Below, in pieces: positions 1 through 9,042 of a DNA stretch of 64,000 bases. The notes under the pieces were generated by a model that was not told the origin of the DNA, did not search any database, and saw only the letters and a list, made by a program, of their open reading frames with translations. Source of the stretch: Lentisphaerae bacterium GWF2_38_69 (GTDB lineage Bacteria; Verrucomicrobiota; Lentisphaeria; Victivallales; GWF2-38-69); NCBI GenBank assembly GCA_001803205.1, contig MHBE01000031.1, positions 15,238 to 79,237 of the forward strand, read 5' to 3'. Each line of letters opens with the position of its first letter. The stretch's first letter is position 1. The translations under genes were made by a program, and so were the position numbers.

Positions 1-588
1 GAAGATTGGCTGAAAAAGTAAATTGAAATCAAGTTTGCCAAATTCAGCTTCAAGTATTTTTATATCCTGTTTAGATACGGTTCTTACTTCACCCTTTATC
101 TGTATCAACTCCTTTTCAGAAATAAGATCAGTTTTGTTTAAAACAGCAAAATCCGCTTCCTTGAGCTGAGCATTGATAATCATGAACATTTTGGACATGC
201 CTAGATATTTTGCGCAGTTGACAATATTTATGATTCCCGCGCAATAGATTCCTGATGATTTGAAGTTGTCAATATCAGAGGCAATATCTTTGGGCACTGC
301 CAGTCCGGTTGCTTCAATGAGTATTACATCAGGTTTATAGTCATTAACGATCGCAAGAAGCGCTTTGATTATGTCAACTCTCAGAGAACAGCATATACAT
401 CCGGAAGTTAGTTCGAGCACTTCATATTCTCCGCGTTTTATGAGCCTGCCGTCAATGGATATATTTCCGAATTCATTAATGATCAGTGCAATTTTTTTAT
501 CTGAAGGAATATCTTCAAGAAGTTTATTCAGGAGCGTAGTTTTGCCTGAACCTAAAAATCCCGTAATCAAATATACCGGTGTAGACAT
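1..588 (-). CDS. CobW/COG0523-family G3E GTPase (metallochaperone-like), N-terminal 196 codons; C-terminus runs off the window
   Basis: Absent from the ORF track because it stays open to base 1. My reverse-strand translation from ATG 588-586 reads MSTPVYLITGFLGSGKTTLLNKLL...IINEFG...VLELTSGCICCSLRVD...ILIEATGL...AVLNKTDL. This gives a Walker A motif, the CobW-type GCICCS motif and NKxD, with no in-frame stop. Confidence 0.85.
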   Translation of the reverse strand, partial: MSTPVYLITGFLGSGKTTLLNKLLEDIPSDKKIALIINEFGNISIDGRLIKRGEYEVLELTSGCICCSLRVDIIKALLAIVNDYKPDVILIEATGLAVPKDIASDIDNFKSSGIYCAGIINIVNCAKYLGMSKMFMIINAQLKEADFAVLNKTDLISEKELIQIKGEVRTVSKQDIKILEAEFGKLDFNLLFQPIF

Positions 589-748
589 TTTCAATTCCTT
601 GCTTTGTGCTGTGTGAAGAAAGTAAATCTGTACCTGAGTATTGTATTTGCAAGTATCAAACAGATGATTCTATCTTTCAAACTCTAAATCCTTTTGCAGT
701 CGCTCCAAAGCAAACCGATAATTTATTAAGGAAGATAGAAGTGAAATT

Positions 749-1492
749 TTAAACGGGAATTAAACCGCAGACTTTTGAATGTTTTCTGTATGCAGCCGGG
801 GACATTGAGTAGGTATTTTTGAATTCTTTGTGAAAGTAGCTGATACTTTTAAATCCGAGTTCACTGGCAATTGTGAAGATTTTATCCTGAGTTCCTGAGA
901 GTTTTCTTGCAGCTGTTTCAAGTCTATATCCCAGGATAAGTTCTGAAGGAGTTTTTTTAAGATATTTTTTGCAAACTTTGCAGAGGTGTTCATGAGTACA
1001 CGGAGCCAGCGCAGACATTGCTTCGATTCCTGTTCTGAGATTTTCAGGATCTTTCAGTTTTCCGCATAGAGATTTTAGCCACTGAGGAACGGAACTGTTG
1101 TTTTCTCCGGAAAAATCATCGGACAGAAAGTATTTTGTAAAAATATTAACAAGAAAGACTTTGGCCTTTATGCGGGATAAAAGCGGATTGGTAATCTGAT
1201 ACGAGTTTATGCTAAGAAGTTCGTTAGCTGTTTCATCAATCTGATAATTCTGCATTTTAAAAACTACTGGAATCACCGAGCCTGTGAAGTTCTCCAAAAA
1301 TTGGTCATTGCCAAGATATCTGCTTACATCGATAAGAGAGTCGAGTTTTACGGCAAGATTGATAAGTTCGCATTTTTCATCCTTTAAGGGAGCGAAATAA
1401 TGGTGGTCAGAAGGCCTGATGAACACCAGATCGCCGGTCGAGAGAGTTTGGAGAGCACTATTTATATGATGATTTATTTTTCCATTGAGCAC
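749..1492 (-). CDS. AraC/XylS-family transcriptional regulator (cupin sensor + C-terminal HTH); true 5' end probably upstream of 1492
   Basis: C-terminal AraC HTH signature (IASELGFKSISYFHKEFKNTYSMSPAAYRK). The same frame stays open to 1681 and encodes the cupin HxH..E motif (KPHTHQFAEICF) without any ATG/GTG/TTG; see findings. Confidence 0.8.
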   Translation of the reverse strand: MLNGKINHHINSALQTLSTGDLVFIRPSDHHYFAPLKDEKCELINLAVKLDSLIDVSRYLGNDQFLENFTGSVIPVVFKMQNYQIDETANELLSINSYQITNPLLSRIKAKVFLVNIFTKYFLSDDFSGENNSSVPQWLKSLCGKLKDPENLRTGIEAMSALAPCTHEHLCKVCKKYLKKTPSELILGYRLETAARKLSGTQDKIFTIASELGFKSISYFHKEFKNTYSMSPAAYRKHSKVCGLIPV

Positions 1493-1706
1493 GAAACAAA
1501 TTTCAGCAAACTGATGAGTGTGGGGTTTTGTAGCTGAAATCAGCGATTGGTGGATGATATTGCCTCCGCTGGAGTAAATTGAAGAGCTTCCGTCTGAATT
1601 TTCCAGAGTGATAGTATGATACGATATATAGACATCTGCAGTATTTGAGATAAAATCATCAAAGACAATACAGATTTTAAATCAATAAATTAAGGGAGAA
1701 GAAATT

Positions 1707-2327
1707 ATGAATCAGAATTTATTCACTGCTGTATGTAAGGGCGACAGAAACAAAGTTAAGGAACTGGTAAATTCCGAACTTGCCGGCAATACATCGCCAA
1801 ATGTTATTCTAAATGAAAGTATGATTCCTGCGATCAGAAATATCGGAGAGCGTTTTTCCAAGCATGAAGTATTTGTTCCTGAGATGCTTATAGCAGCAAG
1901 AGCTATGCAGGCTGGGCTTGACATTCTTTCACCCGTTCTTGCCAAGGCAGGCCATAAAGCTCTTGGAAAAGTTGCAGTAGGAACTGTCAAAGGCGACCTT
2001 CACGACATTGGCAAGAATCTTGTGTCTATCATGCTGAAAGGCGCGGGGTATGAAGTCAACGATCTGGGAGTAAACTGCCCTGTAGAGAAATACGATGCTG
2101 CCGTACAGAACGGAGCTACAGTTGTACTTTGCAGCGCTCTTCTTACAACTACTATGACATATATGAAAGACATAGTTGATCATTTTAAATCAAATCCAAA
2201 TGTTAAGATCATAGTCGGAGGCGCTCCGGTAACAAAAGATTATGCCAACTCTATAAGCGCTCACGGTTATGGAAGCGATGCTTATGAAGCTGTACAATTA
2301 GTTGACTCTCTATTTAAATCTGCCTGA
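1707..2327 (+). CDS. Corrinoid (B12-binding) protein of a methyltransferase system (MtaC/MtbC/MttC-like)
   Basis: 206 aa with a helical cap followed by a Rossmann B12-binding domain carrying the DxHxxG motif (GDLHDIGKNLV). Good SD (gggagaag) upstream. Tightly coupled to the next gene. Confidence 0.85.
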   Translation: MNQNLFTAVCKGDRNKVKELVNSELAGNTSPNVILNESMIPAIRNIGERFSKHEVFVPEMLIAARAMQAGLDILSPVLAKAGHKALGKVAVGTVKGDLHDIGKNLVSIMLKGAGYEVNDLGVNCPVEKYDAAVQNGATVVLCSALLTTTMTYMKDIVDHFKSNPNVKIIVGGAPVTKDYANSISAHGYGSDAYEAVQLVDSLFKSA

Positions 2328-2329
2328 TA

Positions 2330-3388
2330 ATGCCTCAGACATCAAGGGAAATCGTTCGAAGATCTCTGGACTTTGATACTCCTGAAAGGATGCCCAGAGA
2401 TCTTTGGGTTTTGCCTGAGATGGAGAGAAAACACCCGGGAATCCTTAAGAAGATAAGAGAAGCTTATCCTTCTGATTTCGCATGGCTTCCCGGAACCTCT
2501 AATTTTAACTGGATATCTTCAGTATATAATGTTTCTCCCAGACTTAAGGGAAATCCATACAAAGCGGGGGAATATATTGACGAGTGGGGATGTGTTTTCG
2601 ACAATGTTTACGATGGGATAATTGGGGAAATCAAAAAACCTCTAATTGAAGACATTTCAGATATTAATAGAGTTATTCCGCCTTACGAAATTCTTCCTTC
2701 CGATTATGCAAAAGCGAGGGACTTTGTTAACTCCTTTTGCGGAAATTCGGATAAATTTGTCTTTGGTTCCTGCTGTCCGCGCCTCTGGGAAAGAATACAG
2801 TTTATTCTCGGTACGGAAAATGCCATGATGGACATTATGCTGTATGAAAATGAATTCAGAGATCTCCTCAGAATAATACATGATTTTAACCTTAAAGAAC
2901 TTGAGTTCTGGGCTTCGACTGATGTGGATGTGCTGATGTTCATGGATGACTGGGGCTGCCAGAACCAGCTTCTTCTGCGCCCGGAAATCTGGCGTAATAT
3001 TTTTAAGCCATTATACAAGGAATACTGTGATTTGGCGCATTCAAATGGCAAATACATATTTATGCACTCCGACGGCTATATAATAGATATTTATAAAGAC
3101 TTGATTGAAATAGGCGTCAATGCCGTTAATTCCCAGCTTTTCTGCATGGATATGAGACAGATAGCAAAAGAGGTTAAGAATAAGATTACATTTTGGGGTG
3201 AAATCGACAGACAGCATGTACTTGTTAGCAATGATCTGGAAAAGGGCAGGGCTGCTGTAAGAAAAGTTGCCGAATCACTTTATAATCCGAAAGGGGGAAT
3301 AATCGCACAGTTCGAATTGGGCACTGGAGCCAATCCTGATATGGCGATGGTTATTTATGATGAATGGGAAAAAATCCAGAAGCGTTAA
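2330..3388 (+). CDS. Uroporphyrinogen-decarboxylase (URO-D) family protein, methylcobamide methyltransferase-like
   Basis: 352 aa. URO-D/MtaA-like TIM-barrel pattern (...FMDDWGCQ...FMHSDGYI...FWGEIDRQ). Starts 2 nt after the corrinoid protein gene, the usual pairing for corrinoid methyltransferases. Confidence 0.65.
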   Translation: MPQTSREIVRRSLDFDTPERMPRDLWVLPEMERKHPGILKKIREAYPSDFAWLPGTSNFNWISSVYNVSPRLKGNPYKAGEYIDEWGCVFDNVYDGIIGEIKKPLIEDISDINRVIPPYEILPSDYAKARDFVNSFCGNSDKFVFGSCCPRLWERIQFILGTENAMMDIMLYENEFRDLLRIIHDFNLKELEFWASTDVDVLMFMDDWGCQNQLLLRPEIWRNIFKPLYKEYCDLAHSNGKYIFMHSDGYIIDIYKDLIEIGVNAVNSQLFCMDMRQIAKEVKNKITFWGEIDRQHVLVSNDLEKGRAAVRKVAESLYNPKGGIIAQFELGTGANPDMAMVIYDEWEKIQKR

Positions 3389-3392
3389 CTAT

Positions 3393-4118
3393 ATGAAAAC
3401 TAAAATATCAATTATTGTACTTTGTGTATGTCTGTTCTCTTTTTCACTCCTTGCAAAAGAATATCGCGATATAAATGTATATGTGACTTTTTCCAGTGGG
3501 TCAAAGGAGTATATGGTTTCATTTAACAACTACCTTGAAGCCCAGGGAATCCTGAAGAAATATAATATTGTACCTTTTATTAGAAGTCATCCTGTTCACC
3601 TTAGCTTGTATTTAACGACTTATGATGTAAAAAACCTGCCGGCAATAATTGAAACAGTGAAAAAACTTTCCGTATATATGAAAAGATTTAAAATCAAGGC
3701 TACAAACCTTGAAGCTTCTGCAGGGAATTGGGTTCTATACAATGTAGACAATTCCAAGTTAGAAGATGGCAATAACAATCCGCTTCAGGTATATGCTGAT
3801 GCTGCAGTCAATATTTTACAGAATTTCAGATACAAACAAGCCACCATCCCTTCATGGGCGAATGCCTATCCTGAAAAAAAACAGGCATTTTATCTATATG
3901 GAAGCCCAAATGTTTATATGCAGTTTAACCCTCATTTCAGCGTGTATGCTGCCAATATCCCAAAATCGCAGGAAAAAGAGTATCAATCTGATATTACTAA
4001 ATGCATAAAGGATTTTCCTTCAAGAAATATAGAGTCTGTAGCTCAAGCAATATGTGTAGGGTATGTCGACACCAACGGTCAGGTAACTGAAGAATTAGCT
4101 TCATTTCCTCTGAAATAG
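3393..4118 (+). CDS. Secreted hypothetical protein, 2H-phosphoesterase-like (two H-x-S-x motifs)
   Basis: I place the start at ATG 3393 (MKTKISIIVLCVCLFSFSLLAKE is a signal peptide). Two H-h-[ST]-h tetrapeptides, HPVHLSLY and NPHFSVYA, are spaced about 115 aa apart, as in the LigT/cyclic phosphodiesterase superfamily. Confidence 0.45.
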   Translation: MKTKISIIVLCVCLFSFSLLAKEYRDINVYVTFSSGSKEYMVSFNNYLEAQGILKKYNIVPFIRSHPVHLSLYLTTYDVKNLPAIIETVKKLSVYMKRFKIKATNLEASAGNWVLYNVDNSKLEDGNNNPLQVYADAAVNILQNFRYKQATIPSWANAYPEKKQAFYLYGSPNVYMQFNPHFSVYAANIPKSQEKEYQSDITKCIKDFPSRNIESVAQAICVGYVDTNGQVTEELASFPLK

Positions 4119-4149
4119 CCGCACTGGTATATCGTTTTTTAGAAGTGAC

Positions 4150-6039
4150 TTATTTTTTCTCTTTTTCGAGTTTATCGAGATATTCTAATAATATTCGAGT
4201 AACTTCCCTAATTCCTTCCGTGGTTTGATGAGCGCCATGACTTGACTTGATAACAATCTCGCTCTGGGTATTGTCGAGATGAGCGCTGGAGTAGGGGACT
4301 ACGCCATCAGAGCCTGACCTTTCTCCGGCTTTGTTTTCATTGCCGATAATAGTGTGGATTTCAAGATTATCTTTGAATGGAAGGTCAACTGAAGTTTTCA
4401 GATATCTATTGCTTGGTTTTAGACTGTCTATACCAGTGGGAATAGGGTTATCATCAGGTTTTAAACCTGAAGCAACGGCAGCTTTTTTTACCAATCCGGC
4501 TCCACCCTGAGTAACTTTGACAGGGAGGGTAATTAAGTAAGACCCGATTCTTGAAAATTTCCATGTCGCCATATCTGAACCTCTGTTAGGAGCAGATATC
4601 AGAATCACACATCCTATAAATGGTATAGGTTTGAATATCCCAATATTTTTAAGATAAATTTTTTCTTTATCATCAAGATTGAGTTCATCCAGACTGTTTG
4701 CTTCTAAAGCTTTCTCGGCAAACTTTGTGCCCTGGCTATCCTGCACTGCTAGTCTGGAGAGCACTCCGCCCATACTATGACCGATTAGAACCATGTGGTT
4801 AAAACAGAAATCCCTGCTTTGAGGATCATATTTCTGGTGTAAATCCATTATTGCAGTCCTGAACTGATATTCTGAATAGAAAATAGGCTGACCGGTAGGG
4901 TAGGTGTAAAGCCAGAACTGATAGTTTTCCCGTATCCTCTGATTTCCTAAAAGAGTGTTGAGCATTTCTGTCCAGGTTCTCGGATTTGACATAAGCCCGT
5001 GAGTCAGAAGAACAGGTATTTTGTTAGGATCATATGGCGAAAACATATATATCCCCTGCAAATTAGCCATTGCCTCAGGATTGAACATATAATCTATCCC
5101 GCTAATCATTTCTTTGTAGGAGTCAATAAATTTTGCTATGGCAAGAGTGTAGTCTTTTGATAATGGGACTTCTTCAGAGTTAATTTTGATGTATTCGCTT
5201 TTAAAGCTGTCATAGAATTCAGGCTGAGCTTTTATTGAGGATTTGCTCAAATCAAAACTTTCAAATTTTATAAGAAAAGTAAAAGGGTAAATCATGCTTA
5301 AGAGCGCTATATCTTTATCTTTTACTGGAGCATATTTCTGCAAACCCAGCATAGGTACGCCTAAACCACCTACATAACTGTGTGACTGCATGTTTTTTGG
5401 CAGATAGTCGTATCCATTTACATAGTCAGTAAATCTGGTATATGACCATATCAGGTCAGAGTGAGCAGGGAGGAATTCTACTGTGCTTAGGACAAGAGGA
5501 AAAGTCTGAGTTTTTTCCAGGGATATATTGTTTTCAACGCAATAAGGGAAGATATTGGACATAGCATAATTATAGAAGCGGATATTAGCTGCGTAATCCA
5601 GAGAATTATATGCCGTTGGATTATGATTGAGCGACTTATCAAAAAGATATTTATATGAATAATAAGCAGCTGACATCCAGTATTTTATTGTTTCTTCGCC
5701 AGATGTTTGCTGTGCCTGATAAGTGCAAAGTTCTATAATAGCGCTGAGCGCATCAATTCTGCTGTTTTCCCCCGGAATAGTTTTATCATTGGGGTTTTCT
5801 ATGAATAAAGCCAAGCGTTCAATAACTTTCTGATGATCATTGTTGTAATATTCAGACAAAGAACATTTTACAAGAAAAAATTCAGTTTTGTAAGACAATT
5901 CGCCGGTCGTCAGGGCTGATTTTGACATTGCTGCAGCCCAGTTATCTCTGCCTACGCAAGTAAGATGCGAAGTTGTGCATCCTGACAGAATCAGGATCAG
6001 TATTAACAGCAAATTACGAAATTTATTTGTCTTTGTCAT
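4150..6039 (-). CDS. Lipoprotein with C-terminal alpha/beta-hydrolase (lipase/esterase, PGAP1/DUF676-like) domain
   Basis: Lipobox LILILSGC near the N-terminus, nucleophile elbow LIGHSMGG, and a later GSDGVVPYSSAHL segment. The roughly 330-aa N-terminal domain matches no family I recognise. Confidence 0.65.
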   Translation of the reverse strand: MTKTNKFRNLLLILILILSGCTTSHLTCVGRDNWAAAMSKSALTTGELSYKTEFFLVKCSLSEYYNNDHQKVIERLALFIENPNDKTIPGENSRIDALSAIIELCTYQAQQTSGEETIKYWMSAAYYSYKYLFDKSLNHNPTAYNSLDYAANIRFYNYAMSNIFPYCVENNISLEKTQTFPLVLSTVEFLPAHSDLIWSYTRFTDYVNGYDYLPKNMQSHSYVGGLGVPMLGLQKYAPVKDKDIALLSMIYPFTFLIKFESFDLSKSSIKAQPEFYDSFKSEYIKINSEEVPLSKDYTLAIAKFIDSYKEMISGIDYMFNPEAMANLQGIYMFSPYDPNKIPVLLTHGLMSNPRTWTEMLNTLLGNQRIRENYQFWLYTYPTGQPIFYSEYQFRTAIMDLHQKYDPQSRDFCFNHMVLIGHSMGGVLSRLAVQDSQGTKFAEKALEANSLDELNLDDKEKIYLKNIGIFKPIPFIGCVILISAPNRGSDMATWKFSRIGSYLITLPVKVTQGGAGLVKKAAVASGLKPDDNPIPTGIDSLKPSNRYLKTSVDLPFKDNLEIHTIIGNENKAGERSGSDGVVPYSSAHLDNTQSEIVIKSSHGAHQTTEGIREVTRILLEYLDKLEKEKK

Positions 6040-6114
6040 GTATTTTTCCTAATTGAAAGTTATTTACTTTGTGTGTTTCTCATACAAAGCAAAGAGGAAT
6101 TCAATAATTTGATA

Positions 6115-6678
6115 TTATTCCGATATGATAATAGCCTCAAAGACTTCGAATTTTGCGTCAATATGCTTCCATGCGTCAGGGCGCAGTCCGGCTTTCATAG
6201 ATAAATGCTGCAAAGTTTCCTCAAGCATCCAGCCCTGCTCGTGGGCTACCTGTGGAAGAAATACAGACTGATATCTGCCTAGCTTGAAAAGCACGCCGTG
6301 TTTGCCGATTTGAATATCTTTATATGAGGACACTGGAGTCATTGGCGTCAAAACCGAGATTTCAATCTTCAGACTGTTAAGTTCTTCAACTGATGAAACA
6401 GGCTGAAACCTGGGATCATGGAAAGCAGAATTGATGGCATTATGGATGATATTGTCATAGAGTGGTTCGTGAGCTATTATATTGCCGATACAGCCGCGAA
6501 GATTCCCGTCTTTTTTGTGAAGAGTGACAAAACATGACTGAGTTTGCGATAGATACTTGGGAGCTGCCTCTCTCTCTTTTATATGAGCAATACCTGTAAG
6601 TCTGTCTTTGATAGTTGTTCTGACAAGGGCGAGAATGAATTTCTGCTGTTCGGGTGTATAGGGTGATTGTGAATTCAT
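6115..6678 (-). CDS. AMMECR1-domain protein (AmmeMemoRadiSam system protein A-like)
   Basis: 187 aa with the characteristic LRGCIGNI segment and ...HDPRF...LEIEISVL... Confidence 0.8.
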   Translation of the reverse strand: MNSQSPYTPEQQKFILALVRTTIKDRLTGIAHIKEREAAPKYLSQTQSCFVTLHKKDGNLRGCIGNIIAHEPLYDNIIHNAINSAFHDPRFQPVSSVEELNSLKIEISVLTPMTPVSSYKDIQIGKHGVLFKLGRYQSVFLPQVAHEQGWMLEETLQHLSMKAGLRPDAWKHIDAKFEVFEAIIISE

Positions 6679-6700
6679 ATTTTTGTGAGGTTATTGTCTA

Positions 6701-7126
6701 TTATTGGGGGGAAATGTATTTTTTTAGTTTTGAGTATTTACAGATGATATCAAAGTGTTTATCCGTTGTATAGATGGAAAGATCGCGGACTATGCATATC
6801 TCTGCAATAATGAGATCGGGTAATGGAATTGTTATGCCGTTTTTTCTCATTTTACAGCCAAGAACTCCTGCGTTGATATAATCATTTGTCGTTGTTTCTA
6901 ATATATTTAATCCGCTGGAGTATTCTTCTATCAGAGTTGATTCCTTATCAGACTTGGCTCCAACGAAAAGTTCTGCCAGGATTATTCTGCAAATATAACC
7001 TTCCGATTTTCTGATGAGAGATATAACATGTTCAACATTAGAACTCTTTTTGTTTCTGAAACAATCAATCCAAATATTGGAATCAATTAAAACTCTATCT
7101 GTCACAGGAGGTCTCCCTGTAATCAT
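6701..7126 (-). CDS. vapC: PIN-domain ribonuclease toxin (VapC-like)
   Basis: 141 aa. N-terminal LIDSNIWID acidic motif and C-terminal ...YTTDKHF typical of PIN domains. Overlaps the small upstream antitoxin ORF. Confidence 0.75.
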   Translation of the reverse strand: MITGRPPVTDRVLIDSNIWIDCFRNKKSSNVEHVISLIRKSEGYICRIILAELFVGAKSDKESTLIEEYSSGLNILETTTNDYINAGVLGCKMRKNGITIPLPDLIIAEICIVRDLSIYTTDKHFDIICKYSKLKKYISPQ

Positions 7127-7304
7127 TTACTGAAAATGAATCATCAATTATTCCTTTGCCGAAGAGTCCGATAAGTGATTCTCTTTTTATCGTTCTAATA
7201 TATTCCATCAGAGCTTCATTGATTATTTCTGTCTTATTGCTTTTTCCCGTCAGCTTTACAGCTTCGCCGATGAGGTGTTCATTTAAATTTAATGTAGTTT
7301 TCAT
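7095..7304 (-). CDS. vapB: Type II antitoxin (VapB-like, DUF2191/Arc-MetJ-like)
   Basis: 69 aa, MKTTLNLNEHLIGEAVKLTG..., the typical N-terminus of VapB-type antitoxins. Lies immediately upstream of, and overlaps, the PIN gene. Confidence 0.65.
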   Translation of the reverse strand: MKTTLNLNEHLIGEAVKLTGKSNKTEIINEALMEYIRTIKRESLIGLFGKGIIDDSFSVNDYRETSCDR

Positions 7305-7395
7305 ACTTCAGATACTCCCAATAAGTATAGATTGAAAATCTGTAATAGTAATAAATATATTATATACAGAAATAAAGTAAATACAATTCATACTG

Positions 7396-8664
7396 CTAAT
7401 CTATTTTGTCGAGAATACCTTGAGCTGCCCTGATGCCGCTGGCCCATGCGCCAGTGATTCCTCTTGAAGTTCCGGCACCGTCACCAATAAGATATATGTC
7501 ATCGGTTACGGCAAAATATTCATCTATGAATTCAGGTTTATTTGCGTACATTTTAATCTCAGGATAATACATGATGGTTGAAGGGTGCAGAAGCCCTGGC
7601 ATAATGCTGTCAAGCAGTTTCATTGACTTCCATATGTCTCGCATGATTTTGGAAGGAGCTGCCAATCCCAGATCTCCTGCGGTGCAGTCGCAGGTATTTT
7701 TAAAATCGTACAGGTCTAGATTAAATGTTTCTAACCTGGATCGTTTTCCTGCTCTGAAATCACCGACTCTCTGCATAATAGGTTTGCCTCCGCCGATTTC
7801 ATTTGCCAATCTCGCAAGAAAGACAGCCATCTGCTGACCGCTTCGGACAGGAGCTTCGAGTCCTATTGATTTGAGCATGGCAAAGTTGACCAGGCCGTTC
7901 TGTCCTTTTTCTGTCGAAAGGGCATGTCCGTTAACCAGATGAAAATGATGATAATTTTCCTTGACGACAAGGGCAAAACCTGAGTTAGTGCAGAAAGTCC
8001 TTACTTTGCCTGGAAAGTAGAATTTCGGATCATAGTAGTCTTTAACTATAGGGTAGTGTTCGAACCTCGTTTCGACTCTTATTCCCACATCAAGGGTATT
8101 GTCGCTGTATTTAATATCAAGATAATTCATCACATCCTGGAGGAAGGAAAAACCTTTTCGTCCAGGAGCGATTATGAGTTTGTCGTATGAAATACTTTCA
8201 GAGTTCTCAATGTTGATTAATTTTTCCTTTGCGTCGATGTCATGCTTAATCTCTGTTTTTAGCCTTACTTCTACACCTTTGCTCCTGAGTATATCAAGAA
8301 GCGAGTCAATCAGAACTTTACTCTTATCGGTGCCGACATGGGATTGCCTAATATTAACCAATTTTGAGGAAACCCTTTCAGCTCTTTTCTGATATTTTTC
8401 CAGATCTGTCTTTGTCAGAAATTTCGGATTGAGGTGAGCTTCGACTATCTCAAGCATCTTTTCTGCTTCTTTCACTGTCCAGTATTCTTCGGTAAAACCA
8501 ATAGGGAAGGTGTAGTTTTGTTTGCAGTCGTTGAGAAGCCCCCCTGAACAAATCCTTTCCTTGTCAAGTATAAGCACCGAAAGGCTGTTTCTTTTTTCAA
8601 TAAGCTCAAATGCGGTGCCTAAACCCGCAGGGCCTGAACCTACAATTACAACATCATATTTCAT
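7396..8664 (-). CDS. FAD-dependent oxidoreductase (COG2509-like)
   Basis: N-terminal dinucleotide fold MKYDVVIVGSGPAGLG and C-terminal IGDGAGTSRGI motif. Confidence 0.7.
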   Translation of the reverse strand: MKYDVVIVGSGPAGLGTAFELIEKRNSLSVLILDKERICSGGLLNDCKQNYTFPIGFTEEYWTVKEAEKMLEIVEAHLNPKFLTKTDLEKYQKRAERVSSKLVNIRQSHVGTDKSKVLIDSLLDILRSKGVEVRLKTEIKHDIDAKEKLINIENSESISYDKLIIAPGRKGFSFLQDVMNYLDIKYSDNTLDVGIRVETRFEHYPIVKDYYDPKFYFPGKVRTFCTNSGFALVVKENYHHFHLVNGHALSTEKGQNGLVNFAMLKSIGLEAPVRSGQQMAVFLARLANEIGGGKPIMQRVGDFRAGKRSRLETFNLDLYDFKNTCDCTAGDLGLAAPSKIMRDIWKSMKLLDSIMPGLLHPSTIMYYPEIKMYANKPEFIDEYFAVTDDIYLIGDGAGTSRGITGAWASGIRAAQGILDKID

Positions 8665-8762
8665 TTGATGTTTCCAGGGTTAAATTTTAGAAGTATAATG
8701 AGTTTCTGATAATATTATAGTCAATAAAAAAACTGTATAAACCACAATAGGAGTTTTTCTGA

Positions 8763-8984
8763 GTGAAATCTTTGGCTTTGTCTGTAATCATCTTAGGAGT
8801 TGTCCTTATTGTAGCCGGGCTTATATTATTTTTTTACAACAAAATTCCATTTATCGGCAGGCTGCCTGGCGATATAAGAATAACAGGAGAAAATTCTTCT
8901 TTTTATTTCCCTATCACTAGCTGCATAATAATTAGTATAATTCTAAGCCTTCTCTTAAGTTTTATCGGAAAATTCTTCAAGTAA
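8763..8984 (+). CDS. Small membrane protein, DUF2905-like
   Basis: 73 aa with two TM helices flanking the conserved GRLPGDIRI segment. Confidence 0.6.
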   Translation: MKSLALSVIILGVVLIVAGLILFFYNKIPFIGRLPGDIRITGENSSFYFPITSCIIISIILSLLLSFIGKFFK

Positions 8985-8990
8985 AATAAA

Positions 8991-9027
8991 AATCCCTGAC
9001 ACTCTCAGAGAAAGTCTGTCAGGGATT
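8991..9027 (-). terminator. Rho-independent terminator downstream of the oxidoreductase operon
   Basis: 11-bp stem aatccctgaca / tgtcagggatt with a 15-nt loop. On the minus strand it is followed by tttatttta. Confidence 0.55.
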
Positions 9028-9042
9028 AAAATTAATTATATT

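Noticed and set aside
365-616. 83-aa plus-strand ORF at the left edge
   Set aside because: It is antisense to the CobW-like GTPase gene, whose Walker A and GCICCS motifs read cleanly on the minus strand.
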